From an uncultured Clostridia bacterium (GTDB taxonomy: Bacteria > Bacillota > Clostridia > Christensenellales > CAG-917), in assembly GCA_947628855.1 (NCBI GenBank), contig CANRBM010000003.1, positions 1 through 54,965 of the forward strand: 54,965 bases of DNA, in the 5' to 3' direction. Position numbers and translations under genes: made by a program. Numbering within the stretch: the first letter of the stretch is position 1; each line of letters begins with the position of its first letter. The notes below the pieces were generated by a model. The model did not search any database. It saw only the letters and a list, made by a program, of their open reading frames with translations, and had not been told where the DNA came from. Positions 53,701 through 54,965 of the stretch are shown here, piece after piece.

Positions 53701-54965
53701 GTCCCTTACACATTCGATCCCGAAACCAATGCGGTCAGAATAAGTTACACCTATAATGGCACGAGATATTATGCCTATTTCGATCTGAAAGCAGACAACA
53801 AATTCACAGAGCGAGGTTCGGAATATACCGACCTCTGCTTGCTGTACGACAACGCGAGGCTCGTATTCGATGTATCTTTCAAACTTGACGGTTACGGCAA
53901 ATTGACCGTCCTTGGAAGTGACGGCGAAGAAGTGGGCTCGGGCACATATGAGTTTGACGAAGATCGCGCCCTCACGTTCACCTACACTCTCGACTCCGAT
54001 CCGTCCAAAACTCTGACCCAAAAGGGACAACTTGGCACGGTGTCCATAAGCGGTATTTCCGTCCCCGCGCTGCTCGTCGATCGCAGTACGATAGAGGGCA
54101 CCTACGTCGTCACGGATGACCTCACCGTCCTCAATCTTGACCGCTTTGGCAACGCCATATTCGTCAATAAGATGGGCTTAGCATATCGCGCTATGTATCA
54201 GATCGTTGACGACAAACTTGCGGGAGGCAAGGTGCTCATCTTCTTCACAGGCGTCACCACTTCCAGGAGAGCTACAAGCAAGAGCGCGGGCCTGTTTGTC
54301 ATTGACAAAGCGGCGGGAACGGTCACGGCAGTGGAATACGACAAGACCTACAGCTATTACGACGTGGATCTTTCCGCAATGCAGTTCTCAAAGACGGGCT
54401 ATTTGTACATCGACGCGGAGCTCGCTTTCTACACCGTTGCGGAGGACGGCAACGTCACTATCTATCGCAACAGCGACAGCGCCTCCAAAAACGAATACGG
54501 ATTTGAAAAGGATACGACGTTTGGCAAGCTCACCACGGAAGGGGACAAGAAGTACGGAGACAAGACCTATCATTACAACACGCAAGAGGGATTTGACATC
54601 CACTTCGTGCGCGAACAGGCAACTGCCGAACAATATCCCTTTGAATATATGAAGGGCGAGGATAAAGTCTCTGCGCCTATAGTGTCGCTGTACTTCACTC
54701 CTTCCTACTCATCTGACAGCGCAAACTTCACGGTGAGCGGTACAATAAGTTTCAAGGACGATCCCAAGACCTACGCTTGCCGCGTGATAAGGCGCGTTGA
54801 CCCCGACGATCCCGCTAAGGTCGAGACCTATATCTCGGTGGACGACGGATCGTACGGATACTACAGGCTCGACATCGACGTCACATACAACGGCGGCACA
54901 AACAACACCTTCAAGATCACGAGAATGCGCCATATCGTTGAGATGAACTCCTACGAGTTTGAATA
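50716..54965 (+). CDS. Large lipoprotein (at least 1416 aa, 3' end beyond the window): N-terminal InlB-type B-repeats followed by more than 1100 aa of unrecognised beta-rich sequence. NOT in the supplied ORF track.
   Basis: I translated frame 1 by hand from ATG 50716 (GAGG RBS 7 nt upstream) to the window end and found no stop. The track omits it, presumably because it has no stop codon in the window. It begins 'MKKHGFKVILLVVLAIALIASLVACNKTSYTLSFETNGGEAIESVKVEEGKAYTLPTPTERANFVFEGWY...TTVYAKW'. Later sequence contains recurring 'GTY.FDE....LTFTY'-like strands. Confidence 0.85.
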   Translation, partial: MKKHGFKVILLVVLAIALIASLVACNKTSYTLSFETNGGEAIESVKVEEGKAYTLPTPTERANFVFEGWYLNQNCEGDPVKEVIMNGDTTVYAKWSAAYALTLKISATETKVVYLKSGQALGPVLDGVQTAAPSGYIFGAWFMDGKEIGADMVMPSSPVTLEARYKVHFTSAVSIEQPDGTYKASDAVEGYGYVGEFPAIAAEGYKVDKSASGTVYKELSSDPAENNFKVFLSSHGFVLTVKANCPEEGYDLKDYQNDKLDYGQKVEDLPLYGIAGSYIMIGWSRDKDAEKPEWVSPIFYNDLYNKDGAKAPESYVVSEDDVTLYGVWLKGATDIFGGNDIVYFMDEGEEPFVYVWRGGKFFKGEYYPANGDFVVRNAADEASIDGRLNKDGTFSYTDTNRATVGNYFLYKVGSIDENVTIVVDQYNGITYTDQNLDSNRVSSGTYVLDENGYYIATFGEGGPLSGQKVTIFVGLTNNNTRVFALRNEDDLALGEVYRHIGTSLYYPIFTFDGFFTATYSTGGSNSGSTGTYYYSRVSEDEIRVASDISGFSRNNYLVLKLDKVAGPNGEQSVYSFYYEELDHTYTSENGSDELTLDGEYTAQYQGREYVFMTAGTSNALGGTLVQLYENSSFAGLTLRYMFSVSTKTINGEEGSEPTYEYKFKALNSTQYAELTRLDSQSGNIARDYMLVIEDEQNASLYRTAYMFNMLFGVELIAKGTYEVANDDNNTYKFTVDASSIGENGSADIGIGQPLENVEYFEFGMASSSSQQLFYYVAYKLNDQAEVRYDKVYFEEGGDDVLTIIGTEEAGFATYKKDGTVYSGNYQTQDFIFILTYAAASETHTVYLQLSDNESGDDTYSELSLPLGRFYEYTHGVINRENYLTFDGKGGATLYEKDTPIEGTFKESDDLTLLEDLEMHYMTFTSKDNKLTFNYVFASVSGYTYFVRHEDKASGTFTQISAKSGETLETVGTLQLDGYYIARYTPDNSDKTEYIDVPYTFDPETNAVRISYTYNGTRYYAYFDLKADNKFTERGSEYTDLCLLYDNARLVFDVSFKLDGYGKLTVLGSDGEEVGSGTYEFDEDRALTFTYTLDSDPSKTLTQKGQLGTVSISGISVPALLVDRSTIEGTYVVTDDLTVLNLDRFGNAIFVNKMGLAYRAMYQIVDDKLAGGKVLIFFTGVTTSRRATSKSAGLFVIDKAAGTVTAVEYDKTYSYYDVDLSAMQFSKTGYLYIDAELAFYTVAEDGNVTIYRNSDSASKNEYGFEKDTTFGKLTTEGDKKYGDKTYHYNTQEGFDIHFVREQATAEQYPFEYMKGEDKVSAPIVSLYFTPSYSSDSANFTVSGTISFKDDPKTYACRVIRRVDPDDPAKVETYISVDDGSYGYYRLDIDVTYNGGTNNTFKITRMRHIVEMNSYEFE

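Overview
The window looks like chromosomal DNA from a moderately GC-rich, probably Gram-positive (Clostridia-like) anaerobe. That is an inference from the strong GGAGG ribosome-binding sites (RBSs), cdaA, the permease-upp pair and the lipobox lipoproteins. No rRNA, tRNA, CRISPR array, transposase or integrase was seen.

Layout:
(1) 1-9250: a plus-strand sugar-acid operon with an SDR dehydrogenase, eda and kdgK. It continues into a cassette of two Gfo/Idh/MocA oxidoreductases, two xylose-isomerase-like TIM-barrel enzymes, a GPH-family symporter and a type-B carboxylesterase.
(2) 9290-9800: a nest of REP-like palindromic repeats, plus one copy of a ~150-nt terminator-bearing element that recurs at 18431-18596.
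(3) 9801-12714 (minus strand): a ClC chloride channel overlapping a degenerate isocitrate/isopropylmalate-dehydrogenase-like gene.
(4) ~12960-15224: a visibly AT-rich islet carrying a type II restriction-modification (R-M) pair (Dcm-type methyltransferase plus Eco47II-family endonuclease). It abuts a truncated ADP-ribosylglycohydrolase remnant, followed by a WYL-domain regulator, a sirtuin and a PH-domain membrane protein.
(5) 18692-28020: housekeeping genes, namely aspartate kinase, cdaA, a membrane protein, holA, a flavoprotein, a PflX-like radical SAM protein, a nucleobase permease with a leader ORF plus terminator, and upp.
(6) 28460-54965: the most unusual part, eight co-directional genes. 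A 3624-aa BspA-type leucine-rich-repeat (LRR) / InlB-B-repeat lipoprotein comes first, then a TM/B-repeat/acidic-tail protein. These are followed by a Bat-like MoxR AAA+ / DUF58 / BatA-like VWA / double-VWA module. That module is translationally overlapped with a 979-aa LRR lipoprotein, followed by a further lipoprotein of at least 1416 aa that runs off the window and is missing from the supplied ORF track.

All family calls rest on motifs read by eye. No database search was possible.
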